DNA of 64,000 nt from Paramoeba atlantica (taxonomy: Eukaryota > Protista > Discosea): assembly GCA_977017575.1 (NCBI GenBank), contig CDRNVI010000040.1, forward strand, positions 868,001 through 932,000. Reading direction: 5' to 3'. This document shows positions 21,418-32,493 of this stretch, in pieces. The notes beneath the pieces were generated by a model. It worked only from the letters and a program-made list of their open reading frames with translations. It had not been told where the DNA came from and ran no database searches. The stretch's first letter is position 1; every line of letters starts with the position of its first letter. The translations under genes were made by a program, and so were the position numbers.

Positions 21418-22821
21418 TTACCCCCTCTCCACCCCCACCCCCGGGTCCATCCTAAACCCCCTTGCCACCTCCCGCAATGTCTCCCTGGTGTCCAGATTCA
21501 CCAACACCCTCCCCATATGGACCTCCGACCGTGTGGAGCGAAAATCCCCCTCCGCGGTGTACTTCGGGTACATCTCCGTGAACCCAAACGTGCGGTACAA
21601 CCGGCTACTCGGGACGCTGGGGGCACAGCTCACCCTCCCCGTGTCCCTCTCCCAGCGCTGTCGTAGTGCCATATTCAGGTAGCCCCGATAGGACCCCTGG
21701 GCCGCACGCCAGGCCAACACGTACAGCAGCAGCACACTGGCGTAGCCCTTTCCCCGGACACTCGGGTGGGTCACGACGAGATTGACATGGAATAAAGAAT
21801 TTTTACTTTTATTACTCGCATTTGTATTTGTATTTTTACTTTTATTACTTTTGTTTTTATTCTTATTGTTATTGTTTTCCCCCTCGAGTGCCTCACAGAT
21901 TTGTCGCATCGAGGAGGTGAGGGCTTCCGGGGCGAGGCGGCGACGGGTGCGCAGGGCGTTCAGGGTGGCGCTGAGGTTTCGGCTGTCGTCGTCGCCGTGG
22001 GTGAGGACCCAGCCGAGCACGCGGGAGGTGGGGGGGTGGAGGAGTGCAGCAGCGTGGAGGGTGGGAGGGGGAGAGCGGGTGATGGGGGGGAGAGCATCGG
22101 AAACGGTCGATTCCGAGGAAGAGGGGGGGAGAGAAAACAAGTCGTCGTAGAGGTCGTGGGTAGGGGGAGGTGAAGGACGGAATGGGTTTTTGGGGTTGGG
22201 GTTGTGGAAAGAATTTTTGGGGGTTATGGCGTCAGGAGAGGGGGATGCTGTGTTCTTGGAGGTGTATTTTGTGGTATTCTTTTGTGGTTCACTGTAGAGA
22301 AGACGTAGGCAGTGGAGTGGGTATTCCGCGTCAAAGGTGTGGTCGTGGATCGCATCGGAACATGCTTCCACACACTCGGACAAAGTACGTTGGCTAAGCT
22401 GGTATCCGCGTAACTCGACAAGGGAAACATGAAGTCGAGTGGAAACGTATTGAATAATTTGATTTATCACACCCTCATAGGGGGTTCCCCGAACGTAATC
22501 TAAGGGGTCGCCAAAAGTAGAGTGGGCCGGTAGTGGGCGCTCTAACCCTAAAGCTCGAGAGTAGAGATCAATACCCGTATTTTTGTCCTCTTGTATGGTT
22601 GAATTGCTTTTTATATTTTTTCTTAAAATTTTGACCGAGGCGCCCGATAGTTTCGAGTCAGATGTCCGAAGAACGTCTTTCTTGGCAAAGGATGAATCCA
22701 TTGTTCTTTTCTCTTTACTTCGGGACCGAATCTTAATTTTCAAAGTGTTTTCTTCCGTTGGAGTTGCCGATGACCGTTTTCCCAAATTTCTGATTGTCAG
22801 GTTCATCCTCCCGCTCGACAT
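21418..22821 (-). CDS. Protein with C-terminal GNAT acetyltransferase-like motif
   Basis: VVTHPSVRGKGYASVLL resembles GNAT motif A; N/K low-complexity linker. Confidence 0.6.
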   Translation of the reverse strand: MSSGRMNLTIRNLGKRSSATPTEENTLKIKIRSRSKEKRTMDSSFAKKDVLRTSDSKLSGASVKILRKNIKSNSTIQEDKNTGIDLYSRALGLERPLPAHSTFGDPLDYVRGTPYEGVINQIIQYVSTRLHVSLVELRGYQLSQRTLSECVEACSDAIHDHTFDAEYPLHCLRLLYSEPQKNTTKYTSKNTASPSPDAITPKNSFHNPNPKNPFRPSPPPTHDLYDDLFSLPPSSSESTVSDALPPITRSPPPTLHAAALLHPPTSRVLGWVLTHGDDDSRNLSATLNALRTRRRLAPEALTSSMRQICEALEGENNNNKNKNKSNKSKNTNTNASNKSKNSLFHVNLVVTHPSVRGKGYASVLLLYVLAWRAAQGSYRGYLNMALRQRWERDTGRVSCAPSVPSSRLYRTFGFTEMYPKYTAEGDFRSTRSEVHMGRVLVNLDTRETLREVARGFRMDPGVGVERG

Positions 22822-23172
22822 TGTAGTAGTTGCTACCCAAGCTTCGGAGCCTACCCGCTTATCTCATTCCGTCAAGAATATTGATGGAGTGCATGCACAA
22901 GAAAATGATCGTGGGAAAGCGCACTACGCTTAGATCATCCAAAAGAATCGTAAGAATACGCTGAAAATGACGATTGGCCAGAAAAACGTTACATAAAAAT
23001 ATTGTTTCACTGACTTAATTTAAACAACCAAATTAGACCCCCTTCTACTTGCGTAGAACATTTAGTCAACTTAACTTGATCATAGAAAATTTGAGTGAAG
23101 GTGCAAAACATTAAACAAAAGTAGCAAGAAGCAGCTTTTCCAGAGCAACAAAACCCTCTTGAAGACCTATTC

Positions 23173-24528
23173 TCAGAGCGACACAAGGAACGCTTTCAAC
23201 TCCTCTCGACGTTCGGGAGCTATTTCACGCGGAAATTTCACGTTCAGTGTGACGTGGAGTGTACCCCGTTCCGAAGGCTGACCATGCTTTGGCATTCCTT
23301 CCCCAGGTACAGCCAAAACTGTGCCTGCAGGAGTAATAAGATCCCGCGACAAGGGAACCAAGTGTCCGTCCATATGAGTGAGAGTAACGTTAAACCCAAC
23401 TAGGGAATCCAGCAGCGAGATCGTGTGTGAGGTGTATAAGTCATCCCCCTCTCTGCGGAACCTCTCATGGGGGGCGGTTTGTACGACAAAGATCACATCA
23501 CCCGGAATTTGGTCCGGCACCTGGTCTCCCTCCATCTCAAACACCAGGCGGTGTCCCTCCGGAAGCCCGGGCTCGATCTCGAGTTCCAGTTTCTGGGAAA
23601 CTTTCGTCACACGTGCTCCCTCACATGCGGGGCACTTCTCCTTTATCCTACGACCCTTCCCTCCACACGCGGTGCAAGCCTGCTGCACTTGCTGGGTGAA
23701 CATCCCCCCCAGGGAGACACGTTGCAGCACAACCCCCTCCCCCTTACACTTCTCACACAGCTGCAGCGCTGCATGCGAGGCCGCCCCCGACCCCTTACAC
23801 CTCCTACACAGCTTCTGTTTCCCAATCGCAATCTCATGGGTGGCTCCTGAATAGAGCTCCCCTAAAGGGATACGAAGTGCAATTTGGGCGCTCTGTCCTT
23901 TACTGCGGTCCCCTCCCCCGAACCTACTCAAGAAGTCAAACAGGGAGCCCCCGGGGCCGGTGCCCGTGGCGGCGTCGCGCTGCTCGAGTTGTCGCACCCC
24001 CGCCTCCCCGCGCATGTCGTACATGGTGCGCTTGCGTCGGTCGCTCAGGACCTCATACGCGCGCTGTATGGTGCGGTACCTCTCCTTGGCTGCGGGGCTG
24101 GGGTTGTGATCGGGGTGGAACTGCTTGGAGAGCGCCCGGAATTGTGTTTTGATTTCCCGGTCCGTCGCGTCCTCCGCGTTGGGGAGTTCCAGCACGTGGT
24201 AGTAGTCGGGTTCCTCCTCGAGGGAGGTCTCGGAGGGGGAATCATAGGGGTCTTCGTGGGTCTCGCTTGTGGCGTCAAAATCGTTTGGAGGATCAGGGGG
24301 TGTGGAATTCTCGTGTGTGGCTTCCTTTGGATTGTCCGTGGAGCAAAAAAAGGAGGGGAGAGGTGGAGTTATGGACTTCAAATGGGTTGTGCTCGCTGTA
24401 TACTCGGATAAGCCTGAAAAGAGGACCAATAAAACGGTTGTAAAAAGATAGAGGGGTGATGGACAATGCCGAAAATAAGGTGAGCGCTCGCGTTTCGTAT
24501 GCAATTTCATGGGTGTAGCATGGGACAT
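23173..24528 (-). CDS. Type I DnaJ/Hsp40 with N-terminal hydrophobic segment (Scj1/ERdj3-like)
   Basis: J domain with HPD, CxxCxGxG repeats, DnaJ C-terminal domain. Confidence 0.92.
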   Translation of the reverse strand: MSHATPMKLHTKRERSPYFRHCPSPLYLFTTVLLVLFSGLSEYTASTTHLKSITPPLPSFFCSTDNPKEATHENSTPPDPPNDFDATSETHEDPYDSPSETSLEEEPDYYHVLELPNAEDATDREIKTQFRALSKQFHPDHNPSPAAKERYRTIQRAYEVLSDRRKRTMYDMRGEAGVRQLEQRDAATGTGPGGSLFDFLSRFGGGDRSKGQSAQIALRIPLGELYSGATHEIAIGKQKLCRRCKGSGAASHAALQLCEKCKGEGVVLQRVSLGGMFTQQVQQACTACGGKGRRIKEKCPACEGARVTKVSQKLELEIEPGLPEGHRLVFEMEGDQVPDQIPGDVIFVVQTAPHERFRREGDDLYTSHTISLLDSLVGFNVTLTHMDGHLVPLSRDLITPAGTVLAVPGEGMPKHGQPSERGTLHVTLNVKFPREIAPERREELKAFLVSL

Positions 24529-24662
24529 TGGAATAAATAGAAGAAACGAAAGAACTCACTGTGCACTGTGCGGAAAAACAGTAGCTTTATACGAATGAGG
24601 CTTACTCCCCCTCTCATTAATTTTTATAAATATAAATTAACGTCCGATCCATAATTAAGGAA

Positions 24663-25170
24663 TTAGGCTCTTCGTTAAACGCGGTGGTTGTTTTCAACTT
24701 AGAAGTGGTAGAGTATACCGCGGCGATAATTTTCCACCCCTCCCCCTGGTACGCGCAGGTGGGGTTCGACAAGGCCAAATTTTCCGAAATTTTTGGGGTG
24801 ACCAAAACATTTTTTTTTTGACCCAAAAAAAAGTAAAAATATTATTTTTCCAAAATCGACTCCTAAAACGTGTTTGGAGAGTTTGGGACCCCAGCTACCA
24901 TTCTACGACGTTTTTTCCGTCAGATTCGCCTCCTGCCCCTACTGGTGAAGCATCAAAAACGGCCCAAATTCGGGTTAAAATTTCGCATTTTTTGCCGAAA
25001 AATCGAGGTTTTTCCCCGAAAAAAATAGATTATGCGTGATCTTTTCGCGATTTTTCTTTTTTAGGCTCTTCTTTAAACGCGGAGGTAGTTTTCAACGCGA
25101 AGCGCGCAGCATGAGTGACTTCCCTGCGCTCGATTTTGAAAAGCAAAAAATTCGAAAAAAAATTCTTGAC
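24663..25170 (+). mobile_element. Hairpin family subfamily 2, internal segment inverted (copy H4)
   Basis: 24707-25117 is the reverse complement of 45772-46195 between the same outer modules. Confidence 0.8.
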
Positions 25171-25853
25171 TCAGAATTTCAAGATGGATCACTTTTTTCC
25201 GTAGAGCAAGTACTTCATCCCGCAATTCTCCGACCTCTCTTTGCACCTTCTTGAACTCTACAAGAATCTCACCCGTGCGGCTACAAGTTTCTTGCACCTT
25301 CTCCTTAAGATTTTTACTGCGATCGCGGTGCACTCTGCCGTATTCAATAGTCCCACCTCGTAGACCACGCCACATCGTCGGGCATTTCCGCTTCCTTCAC
25401 GCCATGTATTTCCGACTTTTCAGCGTCTTAAAAAAAAAGAAGTCCTGCTTCTCGCGCCTTCGTCAAAAGGAGGAGTCCCTGCAACAAAATGTCAATGTCG
25501 ATTGGGACATTGCATAATGACTTGAGAACATTGCTCTCCGGATCAGAGAGTTGGCGAATGCGCGTAGTTATCCACTGTGCGCACATCTCAATGATGTTAT
25601 CCTCCATTCGCTGGGTAACATCAGGGGGAGGAAGACGGTCCGGGGCGTATTTGATGGCATTCTTCTCGACACTACTCATGCGTAGCCATTCGAGAGAAGT
25701 TTCTGACCTCTTCAAGGGTATTCGAAAGGTATGTCGTATCGCATACGACACCCATTTCCGCAGGGGTGCATACTTTTCAGAGTCAGGGGAGTCGATTCCT
25801 TCCTCAATGTACTCATCGTCCCCCGGAGGAAAGTCATACTCCAACATGATCAC
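25170..25853 (-). pseudogene. Unknown frameshifted ORF with a coiled-coil tail
   Basis: Two consecutive ORFs joined at a poly-T run (~25430), cut by H4. Confidence 0.4.
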
Positions 25854-26187
25854 TTAGTTTGAAAGAAATGAATACGAACTATCAGTCATATAACGCCATT
25901 TCATATATTCCGCTAAGTTCGGATACTTTCCGAAAAGAAAAACAAATCAACTTCGCAAAAACCATGACGTAAAAAAGAGTTTTTCAAAATCGTTTCACAT
26001 ATTGTGTCTTGAGAGTTTGGGACCTTTACTAGCTTTCTACGCCGTTGTTTTCACAAAATACCCCTTCTTGAAGCCGTGGCACGCCTCCCAAAGTGATCCC
26101 CCCAAAATAGGTGTCCAGGCAAAACCTGGCAAAACCTGACAGGTTTCAACCCTCTAAGTGTGCACTAATTAAAAGCTGAACTGTATC

Positions 26188-28604
26188 CATAGCTGTCATT
26201 CGACGTCGAAAATTGCAATTCGACGTCTTCGAATGCCTTTCGACGTCGAAAAAATGGGTCTTTCGACGTCGAACGAAGGAAAAAAAATGGGGGATTCTTG
26301 TGTTCATGTGCAGCACTTGAAAAAATGTTTCGATCGACGGATTCTTTTCACTACAGTAATTTGCTATGGTATTCGGACGAATAGATGACTACTAGAGAAT
26401 AAGAAAGTAGCAACGTATGGTTGTCGTCAGGTTGTTCGTCAGACCGCTCGGAAGTTCTAACCGTGTTAAATGCGTCACCTTTTATTTGAAACATGTTCAG
26501 AAACGTAATTAATGAAGTTTAATAAAATAAAGATACGGAAAATTATGACTGTACTAGTCATTATCATAGTATAAGCTTATGGCGTTTACTGTTGCCGTAT
26601 AGCTAAGCACAAAATATCTCGCGTTGCAATAATACAAGAAAATTTTAAGTGTGGGGAAAAAGTTTAGCCTTAATGGTCCTGAAGTATGAGACAAAACATG
26701 GAAAAAACCCCAGAAAATATCAGTTTCCGAACAATACATGAAACATCCATACATAAATATTCCGCCAAAATTATATCAGCTTCATCGGGCGCATACTGTT
26801 TCAAAATTTGTACGCTGCTGCGAAGCTGACACACCAGCTCTGTCTGATATTCATCGTCCAGTTTATTGCTAGACAGCCCCCCATACCATTGAGTGAAAAA
26901 TTGTTCCGCTTTGTTAGTTTCTTCGTCGAAAGATCCAAGAAGAACGTCTAGGGCCACACCACGATACCCCCCCTTCTTCGTACAGATCTTGTCATGTCCA
27001 TAAAATGTTTGTCTGAAGAGCTTTTTAAGTTCAAAAAGGGGTGTTTCCTGAAAGGTTTTCATCGCATCCATCGCGAGGTTATTGAGAAAATGACCAAAGC
27101 AAGATAGTAAGGAGACGTGTGGCATCATGTCCACGGCCCGGTTTCCGAAGTTTATCCAGTCTGACTCCCCAATTCTTTGAACGCGATCATATATTCTTTT
27201 TAATTCTCCTTCTGCCTCATCACGGGCCACGTGGTTAACGGCACAGCCATCCACCATTAAAAACCTCATTTTTCGTACCAGCGTAATGCCGAGAATAGAA
27301 TTCAATGTATTAACCAAACTCTCAGCTGTTTCTTTGCCGTTGAATGCCTTCCGCTTCGGATGATACATGGGTGGTAATAGATATTGCTCATCTGAAACAT
27401 ACACTACCCCTACTAATACGTGCTCGTTGAGCACGGAATCAACCCCAGCATCCACAGCTACCCCGAAGAAAGGATGAATATCGATTTTTGAAATCATTTT
27501 TTCCCATATTTCGTTGGCCAAGTCCTTCTCCCAATCACGCATGACCCTGTGATTGTTGCCGAGTGCATTGAGAATTTCTTCAGTATTTGCTCGCTTGGGG
27601 CGTAATTCTTCATAGTTACGAAATAAAGCGTGTGCAGCTTTGCATGACAAGTTCGTCTTTGCCACAAGACAGGGAACGCAGCGACGAACAAAAACATTTA
27701 CACTCATTGAATTGTCGTTCGGGGTCAGTGAAAAAAGTTCCAGTTCGTTTGCGATTCTCTGTCCCTCGCGCACTAAACAAGTGTGATTGATATGGTGATA
27801 GTAATGGTTGTTATGGAGCGAATGACTCCACCACGGACAGTCGCGACATTTTATGTGAGTCCGCTGGCCCATGGTATTCACGAGATGGGGCCGAGGATAT
27901 TTCTCGGCGTATTCGCGACACTCTTTGTTTTTCTTCTCCAAATCTTTTGTTCTACCAGGCGGGGTATCCATTCCCAAGCAGCGTTCACGAAAGAATTTTG
28001 TCGAAATACGGGGAAACCGCATTGGGTCCTGTACAAGCTGTTTTCGAACTACTTGCCTTACAGAGCTTGCCTGTTGTGATGGAGAGGACGACATTTCCTC
28101 TTCAAGCCTCGCGGTACACTCTCGTCGTACTGAGACAGGAACATAACTCCCTGACGGAACGTTATCGGAAATTTCAAATCTGCTCTGGGTGGGACCATCT
28201 GCTGCTTCCGTGGAAGCATCTCTCTGCATGGCAGTTCTATTCTTCTTCGCCGAATTGGTTCTCTTGGCACGAACCGAAGTAACTGAAGGAGTAGTAGATG
28301 AAACAGATTCGGAAGAATTTGCTTCAGCTAAAGTTGGCACGATTGCATCTGATGAAAGAGCTGGGGGAGAAGGTATGCGGATAGGAATCATGCGCCCCCT
28401 TCCTCGAACAGAGGTGTGCATTGTGAAAAAACAAGTAAATTAACACAAAAAAGTAGAAGACTGGTTGCAAATACATTTTTTAAACATTTTATAAACATAT
28501 ATTCTGTTGAAAAAAAATTCTTTCAGAAACCACACAAGCACTCAAAATGTTTCGACCTTTCGACCGTCGAACGACGTCGAATTCGACGTCGAATGACAGC
28601 TATG
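26188..28604 (-). mobile_element. hAT-like DNA transposon, TIR CATAGCTGTCATTCGACGTCGAA, 6-bp TSD TGTATC
   Basis: TSD at 26182-87 and 28605-10; TTCGACGTCGAA subterminal palindromes. Confidence 0.85.
26670..28421 (-). CDS. hAT-like transposase, apparently C-terminally truncated
   Basis: VAVDAG (D1), FLMVDGCAVN (D2), CFGH (CxxH); third catalytic region not seen. Confidence 0.7.
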   Translation of the reverse strand: MHTSVRGRGRMIPIRIPSPPALSSDAIVPTLAEANSSESVSSTTPSVTSVRAKRTNSAKKNRTAMQRDASTEAADGPTQSRFEISDNVPSGSYVPVSVRRECTARLEEEMSSSPSQQASSVRQVVRKQLVQDPMRFPRISTKFFRERCLGMDTPPGRTKDLEKKNKECREYAEKYPRPHLVNTMGQRTHIKCRDCPWWSHSLHNNHYYHHINHTCLVREGQRIANELELFSLTPNDNSMSVNVFVRRCVPCLVAKTNLSCKAAHALFRNYEELRPKRANTEEILNALGNNHRVMRDWEKDLANEIWEKMISKIDIHPFFGVAVDAGVDSVLNEHVLVGVVYVSDEQYLLPPMYHPKRKAFNGKETAESLVNTLNSILGITLVRKMRFLMVDGCAVNHVARDEAEGELKRIYDRVQRIGESDWINFGNRAVDMMPHVSLLSCFGHFLNNLAMDAMKTFQETPLFELKKLFRQTFYGHDKICTKKGGYRGVALDVLLGSFDEETNKAEQFFTQWYGGLSSNKLDDEYQTELVCQLRSSVQILKQYAPDEADIILAEYLCMDVSCIVRKLIFSGVFSMFCLILQDH

Positions 28605-28693
28605 TGTATCTCTTGGAAAACTAGAAAAAGGCAGAAAACTAGAAAAAGGCAGCAAAACTAGGTCGCACACGAATGAATCTCAAAAGAATATCG

Positions 28694-31188
28694 TTAATCA
28701 ATGTCTTCGATACAAGTTTTCTTTTTCAGACTTTCCAAGATGCTAATCCCCAGACGGGAGCGTCGAGCAACTCTATTGCGGTGCAACAATTTCCGTTCTG
28801 CTACACTGACGTACTGAAGGTTGCGTTCTTGTGGCGGGCGGCCAACTCGAGCTGCACAAAGGACATAATTTACGCGATTTGGTTCTTGTAATGAATTTTG
28901 GGATAATTCTTCGTTGGGTGCTTCTTGGTTCGACGCATGATCCCGAACTTCCGCCTCTTCATTTACGGTTACTTCTTTCAAATTTTCAACGACGTTTTCA
29001 TTATCCGATGCCACTACATCCTCATCAAGAATCAATGTGTAAGTGCTTTCTTCGCGCCGAACTATGGCATCAAAAACAATGTCGTTAGTATAATCTTCGT
29101 TGGCGTACAATGCGCGTAGTTTGCCCGTGATTCCGAAGGAGCTTCGTATACTTCCTTTTGATAGAGCATCTATAGCGCTCGACAGGAAACGATACTTTTG
29201 TGCACGAAGTATGGGCAACGAAGTACTTACAATTCGAGCCGTAGCTTCTGCAATAGTTGAAGTTGCATCGGAATATACAGTCCAGGTATTGGTTTTCCCC
29301 CCAGGCTCCAGAACACACCGTAAGAGCTTTTGACCTAATTTCTTCGGCATTCGACAGATCTCGAAAAACTAGAGCGTTTCCCACAGTTGCTTTGCCTATC
29401 ACCCCCCTGGGTCCTAGGTGGGCGTGGTGAAAGTTGGCAAAATTCAAAAAAAAAAAATTCAGGGGGGGTAAAAACTGAAGAAAATGTGTATAGATTCCTA
29501 TATATTAATACCTACAATGGTCTCCTTGAACGCTCCGCACAATTCGCAAGCGTTTAGGAATCGAATTTATACAAATTAAGAATTGGCGTCGATAAGGATG
29601 ACGCTTAAGCATCATAAAGGCTTTCTTTATCGCCTTCCGGATCTGTTTTTCAGTCTCTGGTTTCAAATTTTCCTTAACAATTCGGTCAAGGCGCTCTGGG
29701 AGTGCACATCGTGACGCTTTATGGGTAATAGGGGGTATCTTGCTTTTCGGCGAGTTGCACTGGCCTTTAGTATTGGTCTTTAGTAGATTTGACGGGAGTA
29801 TCCCTCAAATTGATAGAATGAGAAACCATATTCGAATAAAAAACTCCCAAATTTTTGGGATATTTGGATTTTTTAGTAAAATCATGCTATTTTTTCGTGT
29901 TTTTTATAAATAGTTTTGACCCAGGGGGGGGGGGGCTAGGCAAACAAACGGTGGTAAACGCTCTAGTTTTTCGAGATCTGTTCAATGCTAAAGGAATTAG
30001 GTCAAAAGCTCTTACGGTGTGCTCTGGAGCCTGGGGGGGAAACCAGTACCTGGACTGTATGCTTTGCACCCAGCCTCGCCATGCGGTACGAGAATGTTTT
30101 TTTATATTACTGATAGCGTACTGATTGCACGGCTGAAATATGTGAGTCATTTTTGGGGGAATAAATTCCACTGAGCACCCGGTATCAGATAGAAGCGTCA
30201 AGATTTCTTTGTGTTGTGACGCTTGATCAATTAGCAATAATGCCGGTAAGGTGGAATCTCCCAGTTTTGTTCGGATTTCTGCTAATACCTCCTTGAAATC
30301 CTGAGTCCATTTTTTAAAAGACTCTGCATCTTGAAAATGCGACGCTGCACGATGATCTTGTATGATGCGCTTGTTATGTTCTTTGTGAGGAACTTTGGCA
30401 TGCACACCATCCGTCACCCCCTTCCACAAGAAATGCGCGCGGTGAAGTACACAATCAGCAGATACAAGTATTGTTGATGTAAATCCTAGACGCGTCCCTG
30501 CAAGCTGAATTGACTTTCCCTTTGATGCACGTACCCATGTCCATTCGCGGTTTGTTTCATCAAGCTTACTGAAAAATTCATCCATGTTAAATACGAGTTC
30601 TGGGAGAATGTGGGAATATTTTTTTAGCTCATCATAAAAGGACAAACCAGCCTTCTTCACTTCAGGAGGGGAAACCGTGCGATCGGATGTAGCGGCTCGG
30701 ACAGTAAATCCGTTGTCATGCAAGAATCTGCGTGCCCAAGAGCAGCTTATGACGTAGGGGCCTCCATTCTCAGAAAGAAGTTCAGACCGATCTCTACCCA
30801 ATATCCCTCGAGCCATGCTTGCAACCAAGGATGCATCAACAGGTTTGTTTAACACATTGTACATCTTAATGCCATCTAAAACATCATTCTTTTCTGCATC
30901 CGTAAGCATATCTTTTCGGCCACGCTTACCGGAAGGAGCATGGTCTTTTAAAGCATAGGCACTTCGTTCAGACATTTTCTTACCGTGCGTTTGATTCCAA
31001 ATCTGCATGCTAGTCAAAACGGAACGACTCTCACAAAGTGCTTGGAATTCACGTACTTCTTCATCACTCCACGTATTTCTCTTTGCTTTGCGCGATGAGC
31101 GTTTAGCCTCAAGTTTCTCCACAAGATCTGCCACATGCCGTGATACGCAAAAATTGTTTAAGGCAAGCGTCGACTGCGACGGGGCCAT
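28694..31188 (-). pseudogene. pogo/Tigger DDE_1 transposase interrupted by a MITE
   Basis: HTH/CENP-B-like SCSWARRF, FNMDE, LLIDQASQH, QPCN (D to N); frame restored (WVQSI-YSDATS) on removing 29278-30057 plus TA. Confidence 0.88.
29278..30057 (-). mobile_element. Second copy of the CAGTCCAGG MITE, opposite orientation
   Basis: TA at 29276-77 and 30058-59; internal sequence is the reverse complement of the 17150 copy. Confidence 0.92.
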
Positions 31189-31974
31189 AGCAGGAAAAAG
31201 TAATCAAAAATGAAGAGTTTCTCCACAAAAAAAAAAAAATTAATTATTGCACTAATTAAATGTGCAATGATTTTTCACCGCAGTAATTATGGATCGGTAA
31301 TTATGAAAATTTATAATTATATTTATATTTATAAAAATTAATGAGAGAGGGTAGGTGGAAAGACGTGATATACAACACTAGCTGATAGGATGAACCAATT
31401 TGTTTCACTGTAAGGATAGATTGCGGGTAAACGAAGATGATAATTATGAGATGTTAACGATAAATATTTGCTTACGCACCCATAGAGTAATGAAGGGAGA
31501 GCTAAGGTACGAAAGGCAGATCTGCACTTTCTGGAGAAAATTCTTCCTGTCCCTTCGTCTCCACAAACGTGATTATACGCCGATTTCTACGAATTTCTTC
31601 TTGATCAGCGATGCGCTACGGGGAAAAATAAAAGCCAAGCCCCTTGTCCGAGGTGGGGTCCAAATGTTTCAGGGACATAGAAATAATGTACTTCAGAAAA
31701 AGTTGAAAGGGTATGACTCTGAACGAAATCATAATTTTTTGCAAAAAAATACCAAAGGTCATTTATAAAAATTAATGAGAGGGGGAGTATGCCGCGCAAG
31801 CCATACTGACATGTCCGTTTTATTTTAATGACAGTAAACGATGGAATGTACAATATTGAATAAAATAGATACAGTAGTAGTAAGACAGGGATTTCCGTTC
31901 AGGACACGGTTTTAGGTTAGGAAACGGCAACAAATCACGATGACGTGACCTTGGCGGATTTCCTTCCATATTCT

Positions 31975-32493
31975 TTATCCCCATATCTCTGTGGCATCAA
32001 TCACAGGTTTGTAAATTCCACGACTGCGGATGTTATTCTGACGACACCACACCGCACGTTGCTGCTGCACCGTACGGAAGAAGGACCAGTACTCCTCTTC
32101 CCTTTTCACACGACGCATTTTTCGCTCCATCACCTCGGTGCGACGCTCCAGGGCCTGTCGCTCCACCTTCCCCTCGTACTCGGTACGCGCCAGGGAGGCA
32201 CGAATCGGAAGTGCCCGGGTGTCACGCTGGGGCAACTCTTGTTTCACGGTGCGGTGGGTACCGCTCTGGTAGGTCCCGGGCTCTGGACTCGAGGGGATCG
32301 GTCCCTCGTAGTCCCTTCCCGTGGCAATGAGGTAGCGATGCTGAAAATCGCTGACCCAGAAACTGGGGCGACGGTAGTAGGGGTTGAGTGCGTCGCGCAT
32401 GGCGTGGGCTCCCCATGGGCATCTTGTTGGAACGGCACCGACGTTTGCGGGCGGAGGACACCCAGGGGATGCCAGGCTTACCATGGGGTCCAA
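31975..32493 (-). CDS. Unknown conserved-looking protein with basic coiled-coil C-terminus
   Basis: Same strand, GC island and pyrimidine-rich leader as the housekeeping genes; family not recognised. Confidence 0.6.
   Translation of the reverse strand: MDPMVSLASPGCPPPANVGAVPTRCPWGAHAMRDALNPYYRRPSFWVSDFQHRYLIATGRDYEGPIPSSPEPGTYQSGTHRTVKQELPQRDTRALPIRASLARTEYEGKVERQALERRTEVMERKMRRVKREEEYWSFFRTVQQQRAVWCRQNNIRSRGIYKPVIDATEIWG

Larger units (their letters stand above)
24605..31787 (-). mobile_element. pogo-type composite element with nested insertions
   Basis: 27-bp perfect inverted ends CTCCCCCTCTCATTAATTTTTATAAAT with TA flanks (24603-04, 31788-89); a second TIR-like end at 31351. Confidence 0.6.
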
